Shown: positions 37,027 through 47,691, counted from the stretch's first letter. The stretch: DNA of 64,000 nucleotides from Parcubacteria bacterium C7867-007 (GCA_001189195.1 LFCQ01000003.1:71059-135058); one strand, 5' to 3'. Program-made: numbers and translations. Notes: a model not told the origin generated them from the sequence alone.

Positions 37027-38889
37027 CTAAAATGCTTCTGGGTCAATAAGAATACGCACTGATGGAGAGAGGGCACGCAGACGTTCATGGAGCTCTTGAT
37101 TGGGCCATGCGCCTGCTGGTAGCCGTAGTACATACGAGCGACGTAGCTGTGTGCGAGTGAGTGCACGATCAGGAAGTACAGAATACGTATACGTACCGAT
37201 TGCTTTCTTAATCTCAGAATCTAAATTATCCAACTGAGTTCGAGTTGCTTCTGCTTGCAAAGAGATGAGGGTGCCGAATGGGGGATACTGCAGTGCAGAA
37301 CGTAACATGGTTTCCTCTTTAAAGAATGAAGTAGTGGTTGGATGAATAACCGCATCCACCGCAGAATCTTCTGGCAGCCGAGTGCCTAGCATTAATCGTT
37401 CAGTCATTCCGGTAACGGTATGTGCGAGGCGTACGAATCGTTCTCGTGCACGCCAGAACGGTAGGGCAAGCAGACTATCTGCAGACACAATTAGGGCAAG
37501 ATCAAAGGGAGGAACATTGGAAGCGCGTATCCATGGGAGAGCGCCCTCCGTGCCAACAATAATGCTGCATGGCCTATCAGCATCCACTAGGGCCTTCTTA
37601 GCCATAGTGAGTGAACGTACGGTATCTCCATCAAACCGAATGACAGTTGCCTCTGGAAACGCACTACGAAGTTCTTCCTCTACGCGCTCAACTCCCACCC
37701 CCATTGGCATAAGGTTCCAGCTTCCACACAACTCACACAGAACATTTGTATTCTCTAGAACTCTGCCGTCTACCGTTCTAAAAGCACGACCATGAGGACC
37801 TTCCTTGGTGAAGGTGAGCACGTTACCAAACTCATCAACTCGACTTGTGCCACAATCTCTGCAAACCACACTTGGTGCGTACCCCCTACGTACCGCGAGC
37901 GTCAGTACGCGCCCACCTTCACCAAGAGTCTTTTGGATCTCATCACGCATTGCTTGAGGTACCGCCATCCATTGTTCTTCACGAGTCTCTTCTTCCACTA
38001 CGGCTTTAGGTTTGCTTTCATCTGGTTTTTCACGACGCATATCAAGTATGGAAACCGATGACGGAGGTGCGTCGCTGAGAGCGTGTGTTGGATCAGGGCG
38101 GTATTCCAAAGGTAACGGGAAGTCCCCATACACAAGTGTAAGAGAGCGTGCTTGTGCGAGCTCCGTGAGGGCGACACGCATATCAAGATACGGACGCTTA
38201 GGAGACCGATAGCTACCTGCACCAGCGCGCTCGATAATAATCGTTCCGAGTGAATGAATAGGAGTCCATGAGAAGGTTGGGGTACTTATAACGAGTGACG
38301 TACAAGCAGCTGCTGCCTGAAGCGCTTCTTCTCTACGCTTTCCAGTGAGTGCACCCGAAAGAAGTACTGGTTTGAATTCACTTAGATGACGTTTCCAATA
38401 TTCAGTTTCAGCAATGGTGGGTACCACTAGTAGAGTCGTGTTCTGCTCTAGCGCAATACGTTCTTTATAGATACGTACACGCTCTTCTAAAGAATGTTCA
38501 ATGGCTTCTGTGCGGAATGAAGTACCTGTATATAGTTCACCAATCTTTGCAAAAGAAAGATCGCTCCGTATGTGTTCACCAAAGAGACTGCACAGTGCAC
38601 TTCCAAGCGTTGCAGCATGCAGTTGTGCTGTTCGTTCAGCTGCATCACGTATTGAATCAGGAAGGACACCCACTACAGTTGGGACCGTCTTGGTGAGCAT
38701 GAAGGTGGCATTCTTAAGAACGGCCTTTGCTTCAGCAACACTTTGACAACTCACCACCAAGCCTTGAACCATACGCCTACGCAAAGAGACTTCCACAAGG
38801 GTGCCCTCCGCAAGCTGCGTGCGACTTCGATAGGTAAGGGTGCCGGCAGGTGCCGAACGCGAAAAAGGGATCACGTCCACGACGTACAT
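37027..38889 (-). CDS. priA: Primosomal protein N' (PriA), degenerate helicase motifs
   Basis: N-terminal 3'-DNA binding domain, RRGYAP..CRDC..CELC, GVERVEEEL, YPPF; Walker A/B not recognisable. Confidence 0.85.
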   Translation of the reverse strand: MYVVDVIPFSRSAPAGTLTYRSRTQLAEGTLVEVSLRRRMVQGLVVSCQSVAEAKAVLKNATFMLTKTVPTVVGVLPDSIRDAAERTAQLHAATLGSALCSLFGEHIRSDLSFAKIGELYTGTSFRTEAIEHSLEERVRIYKERIALEQNTTLLVVPTIAETEYWKRHLSEFKPVLLSGALTGKRREEALQAAAACTSLVISTPTFSWTPIHSLGTIIIERAGAGSYRSPKRPYLDMRVALTELAQARSLTLVYGDFPLPLEYRPDPTHALSDAPPSSVSILDMRREKPDESKPKAVVEEETREEQWMAVPQAMRDEIQKTLGEGGRVLTLAVRRGYAPSVVCRDCGTSRVDEFGNVLTFTKEGPHGRAFRTVDGRVLENTNVLCELCGSWNLMPMGVGVERVEEELRSAFPEATVIRFDGDTVRSLTMAKKALVDADRPCSIIVGTEGALPWIRASNVPPFDLALIVSADSLLALPFWRARERFVRLAHTVTGMTERLMLGTRLPEDSAVDAVIHPTTTSFFKEETMLRSALQYPPFGTLISLQAEATRTQLDNLDSEIKKAIGTYTYSVLPDRALTRTQLRRSYVLRLPAGAWPNQELHERLRALSPSVRILIDPEAF

Positions 38890-38926
38890 CCCTCTATCGT
38901 AGCAAACCTGTGAAATTGAGTCTGAA

Positions 38927-39727
38927 CTAGATCGGCAGAGTAAACGTTCGCTTGTCGTCGTGCACAACGATATTGTCTGCATCCCATGGCATCGCTACCG
39001 GTGCAACACCTCCATTGAAGAGGGGTGCGAAGAATTGTGGCTTGAGAGGATTCAGCTCAAGCACCGCAAGGGTTGTCCCATACCCCACAATAAGTACATC
39101 TTCACGACCTGGATATGCAATAACTGAATGCAGCTTTGCTACAGGTGCAAAAATAACGGTTGTTGCACAGGTACCACCCACGCAAAGATACGGAGGGGGA
39201 GTACAACCGGTACTGGTTGCTGCAGTTGCCACAATACGGTTATTGGAAACAGATACATTTGCGCACCCCTTCTCCATCACGATAGGGTTTGTGGCACTAG
39301 GAAGCAGCACTGCAGCGAGTGCCTTAGTTGCTTCAGTGCGCTTTGGTTCTTCAAGCGAAGTGCGATCTGCTGTGAGCGGTACGAATACGGGAGCAACACG
39401 AGTATCTGTTCCTGGAGTCATTTCAACAAGATCACTCCACGGATGATTGCCTAAAGAATCAACGATGATGCTGTGGTTCCCAGGAACCAGTGCAAAACGC
39501 ACATCGCTTCCCCGACCCACCGCGCGCTTTGCTTCATCTGCATACACCACCGCATTCGCAGGAATATCGGTGAGAACGAGAGTTCCTGCACGAACGAGGG
39601 TTAAACCTGGACCAACACGGTATCCAAGTGAATATCCTGCAACAAAAAAGATAATAAGCAGGACTACGATTAATACAGCAGCATAGCGGCGAACGAAGGC
39701 GTGGATGCGATTTAGTGTTGGATTCAT
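38927..39727 (-). CDS. Membrane-anchored PEGA-like hypothetical protein
   Basis: TM + YSLGYR...G.L...P..A.V..D...LVPGNH pattern. Confidence 0.65.
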   Translation of the reverse strand: MNPTLNRIHAFVRRYAAVLIVVLLIIFFVAGYSLGYRVGPGLTLVRAGTLVLTDIPANAVVYADEAKRAVGRGSDVRFALVPGNHSIIVDSLGNHPWSDLVEMTPGTDTRVAPVFVPLTADRTSLEEPKRTEATKALAAVLLPSATNPIVMEKGCANVSVSNNRIVATAATSTGCTPPPYLCVGGTCATTVIFAPVAKLHSVIAYPGREDVLIVGYGTTLAVLELNPLKPQFFAPLFNGGVAPVAMPWDADNIVVHDDKRTFTLPI

Positions 39728-39785
39728 GCGAGTATTACGATATCAGAGAAGTGTATGGTGAGCTACCGAAAGGAATCATGAAGGC

Positions 39786-41102
39786 CTACATGCTGGCTAT
39801 ATCTGCTCCAATGGCCGTGAGCCGTGACACCAGATCTTCATACCCACGGTTAATGCTATACACGTTGCGCAGGATTGAACGACCGTCTGCACCAAGCATT
39901 GCGATGAGAAGGATGGTGGCAGGACGAAGTGCCGGTGGGCAAACTAACTCAGCACCACGTAAATGACGTGGGCCTGTTATAGAAATACGGTGTGGATCTA
40001 GAAGTAGGGTGTCTGCACCCAAACGATCGAGCTCCGTGTAGTAGATAGCGCGCTTTTCATATACCCAATCGTGAATGAGAGTCGTTCCTTCTGCTTGTGT
40101 TGCGATAACTGCAAAGAACGGCAGGTTATCAATGTTCAATCCTGGGTATGGTCGTGCATGAATCTTTTCTGGAAACGCCAGGAGTTGCGCTGAAGTCCCA
40201 TCAATAGCAATGTCTGCAAGCTTCGTAATACCATTCTCACTCACTCCCACATCCGTAACCGTAAAAGGAAGTCCCATGGCTTCTAATACCGCGAGTTCAA
40301 CTTCAAGAAATTCAATGGGAGTACGTTCAATAGTGAGATTGGAGTGGGTCGTAACTGCGGCAGCAATGAAGAACATGGCGTCAGTTGGATCTTCTGCAAC
40401 CGTGTATGAAACATTCGCATTCATTTCAGGTGCCCCAGTGATAGTTAGGGTGGTCGTTCCAATACCCTCAATCTTCACACCTAGCAGTTGTAGGTAGCCG
40501 CAGATCTCTTGAACTTGATAGTTGGCTGATGCGTATTTAATAATGGAGGTACCAGCAATACATGACGCCGCAAAGAGTGCATTGATGGTTGCGGTATCAC
40601 TGGATTCATAAAGCACTACGGTTTGTGGAGTGAGTACGTTGTGAGTTACGTGATAGTGATCGCTTTCAGTGTCGATCTTCACCCCAAAGCGTTCGAGTGC
40701 CCATAGGTGGGGGCGTACAGAACGAAGTCCAAGATGACACCCGCCGGACTGGGGGATATCGAAACTCTTGAAGTGATGCAGTAGCGGACCGATGAACATA
40801 AGAATGCTGCGGGTACGAATTGCGGCATCACGATCGATACTTGCAAGGTCAATTGTTGCAGGAGGAGTTAGCGTGAGAGTGTGATCCTCCCACTGCGCTT
40901 TCATACCTATTGACTCAAGGACTTCCACCAAACGATGCACTTCTTCGATCTTAGGTACGTGATGAAGGGTCGTCGTTCCTTTATTAAGAAGGGAAGCTGC
41001 AAGCAATGCCACCGCACCATTCTTGGAACGATTAGTGAGCACGGAACCATGCAATTTCTTTCCTCCCTCAATAACGAATCCACTTTCAGTACCGGTTGCC
41101 AT
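39786..41102 (-). CDS. murA: UDP-N-acetylglucosamine 1-carboxyvinyltransferase
   Basis: SKNGA, GGCHLGLR, PYPG, INRGYE. Confidence 0.95.
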   Translation of the reverse strand: MATGTESGFVIEGGKKLHGSVLTNRSKNGAVALLAASLLNKGTTTLHHVPKIEEVHRLVEVLESIGMKAQWEDHTLTLTPPATIDLASIDRDAAIRTRSILMFIGPLLHHFKSFDIPQSGGCHLGLRSVRPHLWALERFGVKIDTESDHYHVTHNVLTPQTVVLYESSDTATINALFAASCIAGTSIIKYASANYQVQEICGYLQLLGVKIEGIGTTTLTITGAPEMNANVSYTVAEDPTDAMFFIAAAVTTHSNLTIERTPIEFLEVELAVLEAMGLPFTVTDVGVSENGITKLADIAIDGTSAQLLAFPEKIHARPYPGLNIDNLPFFAVIATQAEGTTLIHDWVYEKRAIYYTELDRLGADTLLLDPHRISITGPRHLRGAELVCPPALRPATILLIAMLGADGRSILRNVYSINRGYEDLVSRLTAIGADIASM

Positions 41103-41161
41103 AGGCACCTATTGTACACCGTTTTTGTACGGGAATATAAACAGGGTATGATGAGCGAGTA

Positions 41162-42175
41162 ATGGCATCCTTTTCCCCAAAACTAGGTATCGACCTGGGT
41201 ACGACCAACGTGCTTGTCTTCGTACCGGGTCGTGGTGTTGTACTGAACGAACCCTCTGTGGTTGCCGTTTCAACTGAAACAAACAAAGTGCTCGCCATTG
41301 GTGCAGAAGCAAAAGCAATGATTGGCCGTACCCCCGATACCATCACTGCGTATCGTCCTATGAAGGATGGAGTTATTGCAGACTATCGCGTAACAGAAGC
41401 TATGCTGCGGTACTTCATTCGCAAAGCGTTAGGCAAGTGGAACATGTTCAAACCAACCGTACTTATTTCAGTACCGGCAGGAGTAACGTCAACTGAAAAG
41501 CGTGCGGTGATTGAAGCAGCAGCAAAGGCAGGAGCAGCTAATGCATTCGTAGTGAAGGAACCAATTCTTGCTGCTATTGGCGCAGGTATTCCTATTCAAG
41601 AAGCGTTGGGACGCATGGTTGCAGATATTGGAGGAGGTACCATCGATGTTGCGGTGATCTCTTTAGGAGGCATTGTGGCCTCCACATCTGTGAAATGTGC
41701 AGGCAACAAGCTAGATCGAGCAATCGTTGATTATGTAAAAAAGAAGTACAACCTTGCTATCGGTGACAAGACAGCAGAAGAGATCAAGATCCAAATTGGC
41801 TCTGCAGTACCCGTTAACGAAGAACTTGCTATGCAAGTGAAGGGTCGTGATCTTGTATCGGGACTTCCTCGTACCATTGAACTGCGCACTAATGAAGTGG
41901 TGCAGGCAATGAACCGTGAACTACGCGAGATGATGGGTGCTATTCGTAAAGTACTCCAAGAGACCCCCCCTGAGCTTGCAAGCGACATCATTGATAACGG
42001 CATTATCCTCACTGGTGGAACATCACAACTCCGTCACCTACCCGAACTCGTATACCGTCGCACCGGTGTACAATCTAAGCTCGCACAAGATGCATACTTC
42101 TGTGTTGCGCGTGGTACAGGTATTGCACTTAAACATTTGAATACGTATCAAAAGAGTATTATCTCGAAACGATAA
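41162..42175 (+). CDS. mreB: Rod shape-determining protein MreB
   Basis: GIDLGT, NEPSVVA, RPMKDGVIAD, DIGGGT. Confidence 0.97.
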   Translation: MASFSPKLGIDLGTTNVLVFVPGRGVVLNEPSVVAVSTETNKVLAIGAEAKAMIGRTPDTITAYRPMKDGVIADYRVTEAMLRYFIRKALGKWNMFKPTVLISVPAGVTSTEKRAVIEAAAKAGAANAFVVKEPILAAIGAGIPIQEALGRMVADIGGGTIDVAVISLGGIVASTSVKCAGNKLDRAIVDYVKKKYNLAIGDKTAEEIKIQIGSAVPVNEELAMQVKGRDLVSGLPRTIELRTNEVVQAMNRELREMMGAIRKVLQETPPELASDIIDNGIILTGGTSQLRHLPELVYRRTGVQSKLAQDAYFCVARGTGIALKHLNTYQKSIISKR

Positions 42176-42182
42176 AAGATCA

Positions 42183-42207
42183 GGCCCGCTGGTGAGCGGG
42201 CCTTTTT
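42183..42207 (+). terminator. Intrinsic terminator
   Basis: AGGCCCGCT-GGTG-AGCGGGCCT-TTTT. Confidence 0.85.
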
Positions 42208-42228
42208 AGTACTGAATTGTGGGTTCGG

Positions 42229-42534
42229 TCAGAAGCGGATGGTGAACCCCGCTCTGCCGATCATCTTGCCCCCGCCCTTGAAGGTTCGATCATCACATCG
42301 CCGCTGCGTCGTGCAGTCTTGCGAAGATGGTCGAAGTCCTTTCACGAAGATCTCGAATGCCGGTTTCTGTGGTGACCAGGGCGGCACGTACGCAGTAGGC
42401 TGCGGCGTCCCCGAGACAGGAACACTGCGTTCCGGGTACGGCGGAAGAGAATCACAGCAGGGCGGGAGCACCGGCTGCGCATGAGCAGCCGAACCGCACA
42501 CCGCGAAGCAGAAAGCAAAAAAGAGCATGCGCAT
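42229..42534 (-). CDS. Small GC-rich secreted protein ending in Phe
   Basis: SD GGGAGG; signal peptide MRMLFFAFCFAVCGSAAHA; C-terminus IGRAGFTIRF. Confidence 0.7.
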   Translation of the reverse strand: MRMLFFAFCFAVCGSAAHAQPVLPPCCDSLPPYPERSVPVSGTPQPTAYVPPWSPQKPAFEIFVKGLRPSSQDCTTQRRCDDRTFKGGGKMIGRAGFTIRF

Positions 42535-42677
42535 TTCAATCCTCCCACTTGATGACGGTGCAGAGTGCACGTGTCCTGTGGATATTATGGTACTTAATAT
42601 AAGTATAGTCAAGTACTGTGTACAAAACTAAACCCCGGACCAAATGATCCGGGGTGTGAGCGAACTGATGGTTGCGC

Positions 42678-43247
42678 TTAGGTGTGTGCAGGTGCTGGGA
42701 CCCAGAACTTGCGCATAGCCAGTACCACCATGATGGCTGTGAGAACGGAGCAGGCGGCAGGATAGAAACGCTCTGAGATACTCCAGTCCTTGCCTGCCAC
42801 GGTCGACATGACGTTGACGACGAAGTAGGCGAACCAAACCCAGACCGTAGCTTCCCATGGCTTCTGCCACGCATCTTTCACTTGCGGTATCCCCGCAAGA
42901 ACCATAGCCGTGGTGGAAACGACTGTTGCCATCACGGGTCCTGAGATCATCCAGACCCCTATCGAGATCGCAACCATGAAGGTCGTGATCGTTTCGAATC
43001 GGGTCCAGGTGAACGTGCGTGCACGAAGCATCGCGACGATGACCAGCAGCACACCTGCAACGTATGCCGCAGGAAGTGCCCAGTTCCCACCTTTCACATA
43101 GATGGAGAGTGCAGCGATTGCATCGAGGACACCCCAGAGCAGGAACGTGGCGAGGTTGAGTTTCATTTTCCCTTGCCACACTTGAATCGAGGTCGGGAGA
43201 TAGATGATGATGGCCAGGGCGGCCGCAGACATGGCTAAAAAGGACAT
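42678..43247 (-). CDS. Multi-pass membrane protein (PQ-loop-like)
   Basis: Two repeats with YLPT/GIPQ; SD AAGGAGG; promoter TTGACA..TATTAT upstream; hairpin ACCCCGGA..TCCGGGGT downstream. Confidence 0.75.
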   Translation of the reverse strand: MSFLAMSAAALAIIIYLPTSIQVWQGKMKLNLATFLLWGVLDAIAALSIYVKGGNWALPAAYVAGVLLVIVAMLRARTFTWTRFETITTFMVAISIGVWMISGPVMATVVSTTAMVLAGIPQVKDAWQKPWEATVWVWFAYFVVNVMSTVAGKDWSISERFYPAACSVLTAIMVVLAMRKFWVPAPAHT

Positions 43248-43344
43248 CTGTAGCCTCCTTTCAGGCTAAGGGTTTGCTGTTAATAATAATACGTATTAAT
43301 TAACAGTATGTCAATAAGTACACAGAATCCTATATACTACCTAC

Positions 43345-44037
43345 ATGGCGCATCACGCATACCTTGTAACGGGAGAATCTGAGCAGGGGATTGCTGCTGC
43401 AGTGATGCACGCTGAAGAGCTTGGGGTCACACGAGACAATAATCCCGACCTAATGGTGTTGAGACACGGTCTGTTTTCCGTAGATGATGCACGTACTATT
43501 TCAGATCGTGCCACCCGCGCCGCGATGAATGGTGATCAGAAGGTGATTATCATCTCTGCACTACGCCTTTTCCATGAGGCACAGAATGCACTTCTAAAGA
43601 TATTTGAAGAACCGCCTGCAGGCACCACCCTTATATTGGTGGTTCCTTCAGATGGCATGCTACTTCCAACCCTGCGTTCACGACTACTTCCACTTCCCAA
43701 TCAAACAGGTACTAGTACTTTGTCTGTGGAAACGGAGGCATTTCTCTCTGCTAATGGTGCTGCACGCGAGGCAATGATCACCAAACTAGTAGATCGATCA
43801 AAATCAGATACCGATGAGGTTAAGCAAGCTGCCCGGAATGAGGCAGTTCGTCTAGTGGAGGGTCTTATGAAGGCAAGTTATGACACACGCAGCAGGGAAA
43901 AGAATGCGGAAACGCAAGCAGCACTCACTGGTTTCCTAGATGACCTCTCTCGGTTTCTTCCCATTCTCCACGAACGGTCTGCACCGTTAAAACTCATATT
44001 TGAACACATTCTGTTAGTTATCCCCAAACGGCTTTAG
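43345..44037 (+). CDS. holB: DNA polymerase III delta-prime-like subunit
   Basis: HHAYL, AQNALLKIFEEPP, LPTLRSR. Confidence 0.85.
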   Translation: MAHHAYLVTGESEQGIAAAVMHAEELGVTRDNNPDLMVLRHGLFSVDDARTISDRATRAAMNGDQKVIIISALRLFHEAQNALLKIFEEPPAGTTLILVVPSDGMLLPTLRSRLLPLPNQTGTSTLSVETEAFLSANGAAREAMITKLVDRSKSDTDEVKQAARNEAVRLVEGLMKASYDTRSREKNAETQAALTGFLDDLSRFLPILHERSAPLKLIFEHILLVIPKRL

Positions 44038-44112
44038 ATGGCCAAAGTTTGACGGATTAGAGGGTATCTGGTAAAGTTATACCACATTAATTTATTGATT
44101 TATCAACTGTCT

Positions 44113-45213
44113 ATGGCCGCAAAAAGCACCAAGAAAGCAGCACCTCAGAAGAAGACCGCCAGCAAGGCGGCTTCAAAGACGTCTACGGTGAAGCTCTCGT
44201 TCGACAGCACCGTGCTGGTAAAAAAGCTTCTTGCTGAAGTACCAGAGCGTGCCCGTGAGGTGCTGGTATACCGCTTTGGTCTTGGGGCCAGTGCAGACCG
44301 TGAGACACTTGAAGCTATTGGCGAACGCTGGAGCATCACGCGTGAGCGTGTACGCCAGATTGAGGCTGCTGGCCTAGACGCAATTCGCTCTTCTAAGGCG
44401 TTCAAGGATGCGGGAGCTGCATTCGACGATCTTAGCAATCACGTGCAGTCACTTGGCGCCATTGTTGAGGAAGATATCCTGCTCAAGGGACTTGCTGCTG
44501 ACGAAAAGGCACGTAATCGTTTCCGCTTCCTTCTCGTTGTAGGGAGTGCATTCTTCCGTGAACGTGAGACCGATGAGTTCTATGCTCGTTGGCACGTTGA
44601 TCATGCAACCGCACAGCTCGTGCACAAGGCCCTCACCCGCCTATACGCACAACTTTCAGATACTCAGGTACTTGCTGAGGGTGAAATGATGGATCGTTTC
44701 CTCGACGAACTTAAGGACATCAATGATGCATACCGAAACGAAGAGGTACTTAAGCGTTGGCTTTCTCTTTCGAAGACTATCTCTTCAAACCCTCTCGCTG
44801 AGTGGGGTCGTGCAGAAGCACCCGCTATCCGCACCAAGGGTATTCGTGACTACGCATACCTCGTAATCAAGCGTTCTGGTGCACCTATGCACTTCTCTGA
44901 TGTTGCAAAGTCTATTAGCCAGATGTTTGCAAAGGAAGCACATGTTGCAACCACTCATAACGAGCTGATCAAGGATGCTCGCTTCGTTCTCGTCGGTCGT
45001 GGCCTCTACGCACTATCTGAGTGGGGATACCAGCCGGGAGTTGTACGCGATGTTATTAAGACCGTACTTAAGAAAGAAGGCCCCCTTACGCGTGAACGCG
45101 TGATGGAAGAAGTGAAGAAGGTTCGATACGTGAAGGACAACACCATTCTTGTGAACCTTAACGATCCGCGATACTTCAAGCGCAATAAGAACGGTACCTA
45201 TACCGTAGCGTAA
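44113..45213 (+). CDS. Sigma70 region-4 HTH fused to HARE-HTH/RNAP-delta-like domains
   Basis: RFGL...ETLEAIG...ITRERVRQIE; PMHFSDV...THNELIKD.RFVLVGRGLYALSEWG; no sigma region 2. Confidence 0.8.
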   Translation: MAAKSTKKAAPQKKTASKAASKTSTVKLSFDSTVLVKKLLAEVPERAREVLVYRFGLGASADRETLEAIGERWSITRERVRQIEAAGLDAIRSSKAFKDAGAAFDDLSNHVQSLGAIVEEDILLKGLAADEKARNRFRFLLVVGSAFFRERETDEFYARWHVDHATAQLVHKALTRLYAQLSDTQVLAEGEMMDRFLDELKDINDAYRNEEVLKRWLSLSKTISSNPLAEWGRAEAPAIRTKGIRDYAYLVIKRSGAPMHFSDVAKSISQMFAKEAHVATTHNELIKDARFVLVGRGLYALSEWGYQPGVVRDVIKTVLKKEGPLTRERVMEEVKKVRYVKDNTILVNLNDPRYFKRNKNGTYTVA

Positions 45214-45279
45214 TAGCTGAATCCACGAGAACAGCGCGCATCCTAAAGATGCGCGCTGTTCTCTTGCTATACTTTCCGC

Positions 45280-46650
45280 ATGAACCCATCGGATCTTCCG
45301 TTGATGAAGCTGATAAAGAAGACGCACGGAAATCTTGCAGGCAAGGGTCACTTTATTGATTGGGAACCTATCGCATGGACCTTTGGAATCTTGAACGTTC
45401 TGTTTATCTTTCTTGATCTTGGGCAAGCACTACGCAACTTTGAGTTCCTTCTCTTCTTCGCACCCCTCTGGCTTCCCGCAATAACTATTTATGCTGCAGC
45501 CAATCGTGTGGTGCAGTATCGTCGTGCAAAGTTCCTCGCAAAACAGAAATACGTATTGCTGGAACTAAAACTTCCTCGAGACACTAAGAAAACACCTCTT
45601 GCCATGGAGCTCTTCTTCTCCAACATGCACTTTGGTCCTGGAGAGTCCACAAACTATAAGGTTTATAAGCTGGGTAACATCCGACCATGGTGGTCATTTG
45701 AAATCGTGTCTCTCGGTGGACAGGTGCATTTCTATATATGGACCCGTGAGGCACATCGTCGCGGTATTGAAAGCTATCTCTATTCTCAGTATCCAGACAT
45801 GGAAATCATTGAGGCACCGGACTATAGCCTTATAACTGATCCCTCAGATGATGATCACAGTCTCTTTGGTGAAGAGTTTGTAAAATCTATTCCTGATGAG
45901 AAGGGTAGTCCAGATCCCTATCCGATAAAAACATATATTGAATACGGCTTGGACAAACCAGGAACAAAGCCAGAGGAGCAAATTGATCCACTTGCGCAGG
46001 TGATTGAGCTCCTTGGCTCACTGGGTCCGAAAGAACAATTCTGGATACAGATTATTATTCGCCAATCCAAGAAGGAGAAGTACGGAGAAGACTGGAAGAA
46101 GGTTGGGCTTTCAGAAATAGCAAAGATCCGTGAAGCAACAAGGCAGAAAGGCTCGTATGTTGATCCAGCAACCGGCAAGAAGGTTGAAACGGACGGCTTC
46201 CCGAACCCAACCAAGGGCCAACTTGAAACGATTGCGGACATTGAACGCAATATTAATAAGGCAGGCTTTGATGTGGGTATCCGCACCATATACTCAGGAC
46301 CAAAGGATGCGTATCAAGGATTTATGGCAAGCTTTGTTCTTGCGCTTTGGAAACCATTCGCTAATGAAACAGGGGCATCAATAAAACAAACAGGATCATA
46401 CTCTGCAGGGTTTAATGATTATCCCTGGGAGGATCCAAAGCGACTTGCGCATGACTTCGTTGAGAGGAAGATCGTGAAGTTGTATCGTCGTCGTGCGTAC
46501 TTTAATCAACCGTATGTTGGTCCCTGGTCCATTATGAGTAGCGAGGAGTTGGCAACACTCTTCCATGTACCATCGAGTACCATCAACACACCGGGGCTCC
46601 CACGCATGCAGTCTTCAACCACAAGCGCACCATCAAATCTTCCTGTGTAG
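45280..46650 (+). CDS. Conserved hypothetical membrane protein (resembles the N-terminal module of CPR VirD4/HerA-like ATPases)
   Basis: Two TMs, YVLLELKLP..K.P.AME, SFEIVS.GG..HFYI, EELATLFH.P; family assignment from memory only. Confidence 0.6.
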   Translation: MNPSDLPLMKLIKKTHGNLAGKGHFIDWEPIAWTFGILNVLFIFLDLGQALRNFEFLLFFAPLWLPAITIYAAANRVVQYRRAKFLAKQKYVLLELKLPRDTKKTPLAMELFFSNMHFGPGESTNYKVYKLGNIRPWWSFEIVSLGGQVHFYIWTREAHRRGIESYLYSQYPDMEIIEAPDYSLITDPSDDDHSLFGEEFVKSIPDEKGSPDPYPIKTYIEYGLDKPGTKPEEQIDPLAQVIELLGSLGPKEQFWIQIIIRQSKKEKYGEDWKKVGLSEIAKIREATRQKGSYVDPATGKKVETDGFPNPTKGQLETIADIERNINKAGFDVGIRTIYSGPKDAYQGFMASFVLALWKPFANETGASIKQTGSYSAGFNDYPWEDPKRLAHDFVERKIVKLYRRRAYFNQPYVGPWSIMSSEELATLFHVPSSTINTPGLPRMQSSTTSAPSNLPV

Positions 46651-46651
46651 C

Positions 46652-47668
46652 ATGAGTATGCAAGAACAAATGCGAGTGCGTGCAGTACTGGTTCGCGCTC
46701 ATATTGACTCCCTTCTCAGAAGAACACCTAAAGCATATCTAGCAATACTCGCAGGGATGTTCATGGTGATATTCGTTCCGCTTTCAATTCTCTTTGTACC
46801 GTCATTCCAGTTTCCAAAAGGAGCATTGATTTCAATTCCTGCAAATAGTACCAGTGAAGAAATAGCAGAGCTGCTTGAGGATCAATACGTCATACGTAGT
46901 GCATTCCAGTTCCGTGTGTATACCCGACTCACGGGTGAAGACCGTGCTCTGCAATCGGGTATCTACGTGTTTGATCAGACACTGGGACTTGCGAGTATTG
47001 CACACCGTATTGCAAACGGGGAACACGGCATAGAAGAAACACGTGTCACCCTCACTGAGGGTATGACCAATCAAGACATGGCACGCACTCTTGCCGCTAC
47101 AGTTCCTGGTTTCGATACAAAGGAATTTCTTAAACACGCATCAACCAGCCAGGGGTATTTATTCCCTGATACGTACTTCATTCTCCCTGGCACTACTCCA
47201 GAAGAGATGGTTATGCGTTTGCGCGAGCACTTTGATACAAAAGTATCAACAATCCAAACGGAAATAGATGATTCAGGCAAGTCGCTTGATGCACTGGTGA
47301 CACTCGCATCAATACTTGAACGCGAAGCTCAGGGCATTGAAGATATGCGCATGGTTGCAGGTATTCTATACAATCGCCTACGCATAGATATGCCCCTGCA
47401 AGTGGATGCAGTATTTGGATACATACATGGAGAAAACGGATATACCCCAACCGCAGCAGATCTTGCAAGTGATTCTCCATACAATACGTATCGTGTGAAA
47501 GGCCTTCCTCCTAGCCCTATAGCTAATCCTGGGCTTGATGCACTTCGTGCAGCGGCAACCCCTACAAAATCTACGTATCTGTATTATTTAACAGGCAAGG
47601 ATGGCAAGATGCGCTACGCACGAACATTTGAAGAACATAAGCGCAACCGGGAGTTGTATTTAGATTAG
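46652..47668 (+). CDS. mltG: Endolytic transglycosylase MltG (copy 2)
   Basis: GYLFPDTY, ASILEREA, LQVDA, SPYNTY..GLPPSPIANPG. Confidence 0.92.
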   Translation: MSMQEQMRVRAVLVRAHIDSLLRRTPKAYLAILAGMFMVIFVPLSILFVPSFQFPKGALISIPANSTSEEIAELLEDQYVIRSAFQFRVYTRLTGEDRALQSGIYVFDQTLGLASIAHRIANGEHGIEETRVTLTEGMTNQDMARTLAATVPGFDTKEFLKHASTSQGYLFPDTYFILPGTTPEEMVMRLREHFDTKVSTIQTEIDDSGKSLDALVTLASILEREAQGIEDMRMVAGILYNRLRIDMPLQVDAVFGYIHGENGYTPTAADLASDSPYNTYRVKGLPPSPIANPGLDALRAAATPTKSTYLYYLTGKDGKMRYARTFEEHKRNRELYLD

Positions 47669-47691
47669 GTTCGATCCCTAGTCTGCCAGCA
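47665..47691 (+). repeat. Orphan tRNA-Gln-like 3' fragment; first site of cassette array 2
   Basis: TTAGG-TTCGATC-CCTAG-TCTGCCAGCA overlapping the mltG stop; near-identical to 13451-13475. Confidence 0.75.

Noticed and set aside
13451-47691. A 34-kb genomic island bounded by the two tRNA fragments
   Set aside because: The interval contains core genes (leuS, pyk, fmt, def, murA, mreB, holB) and no integrase
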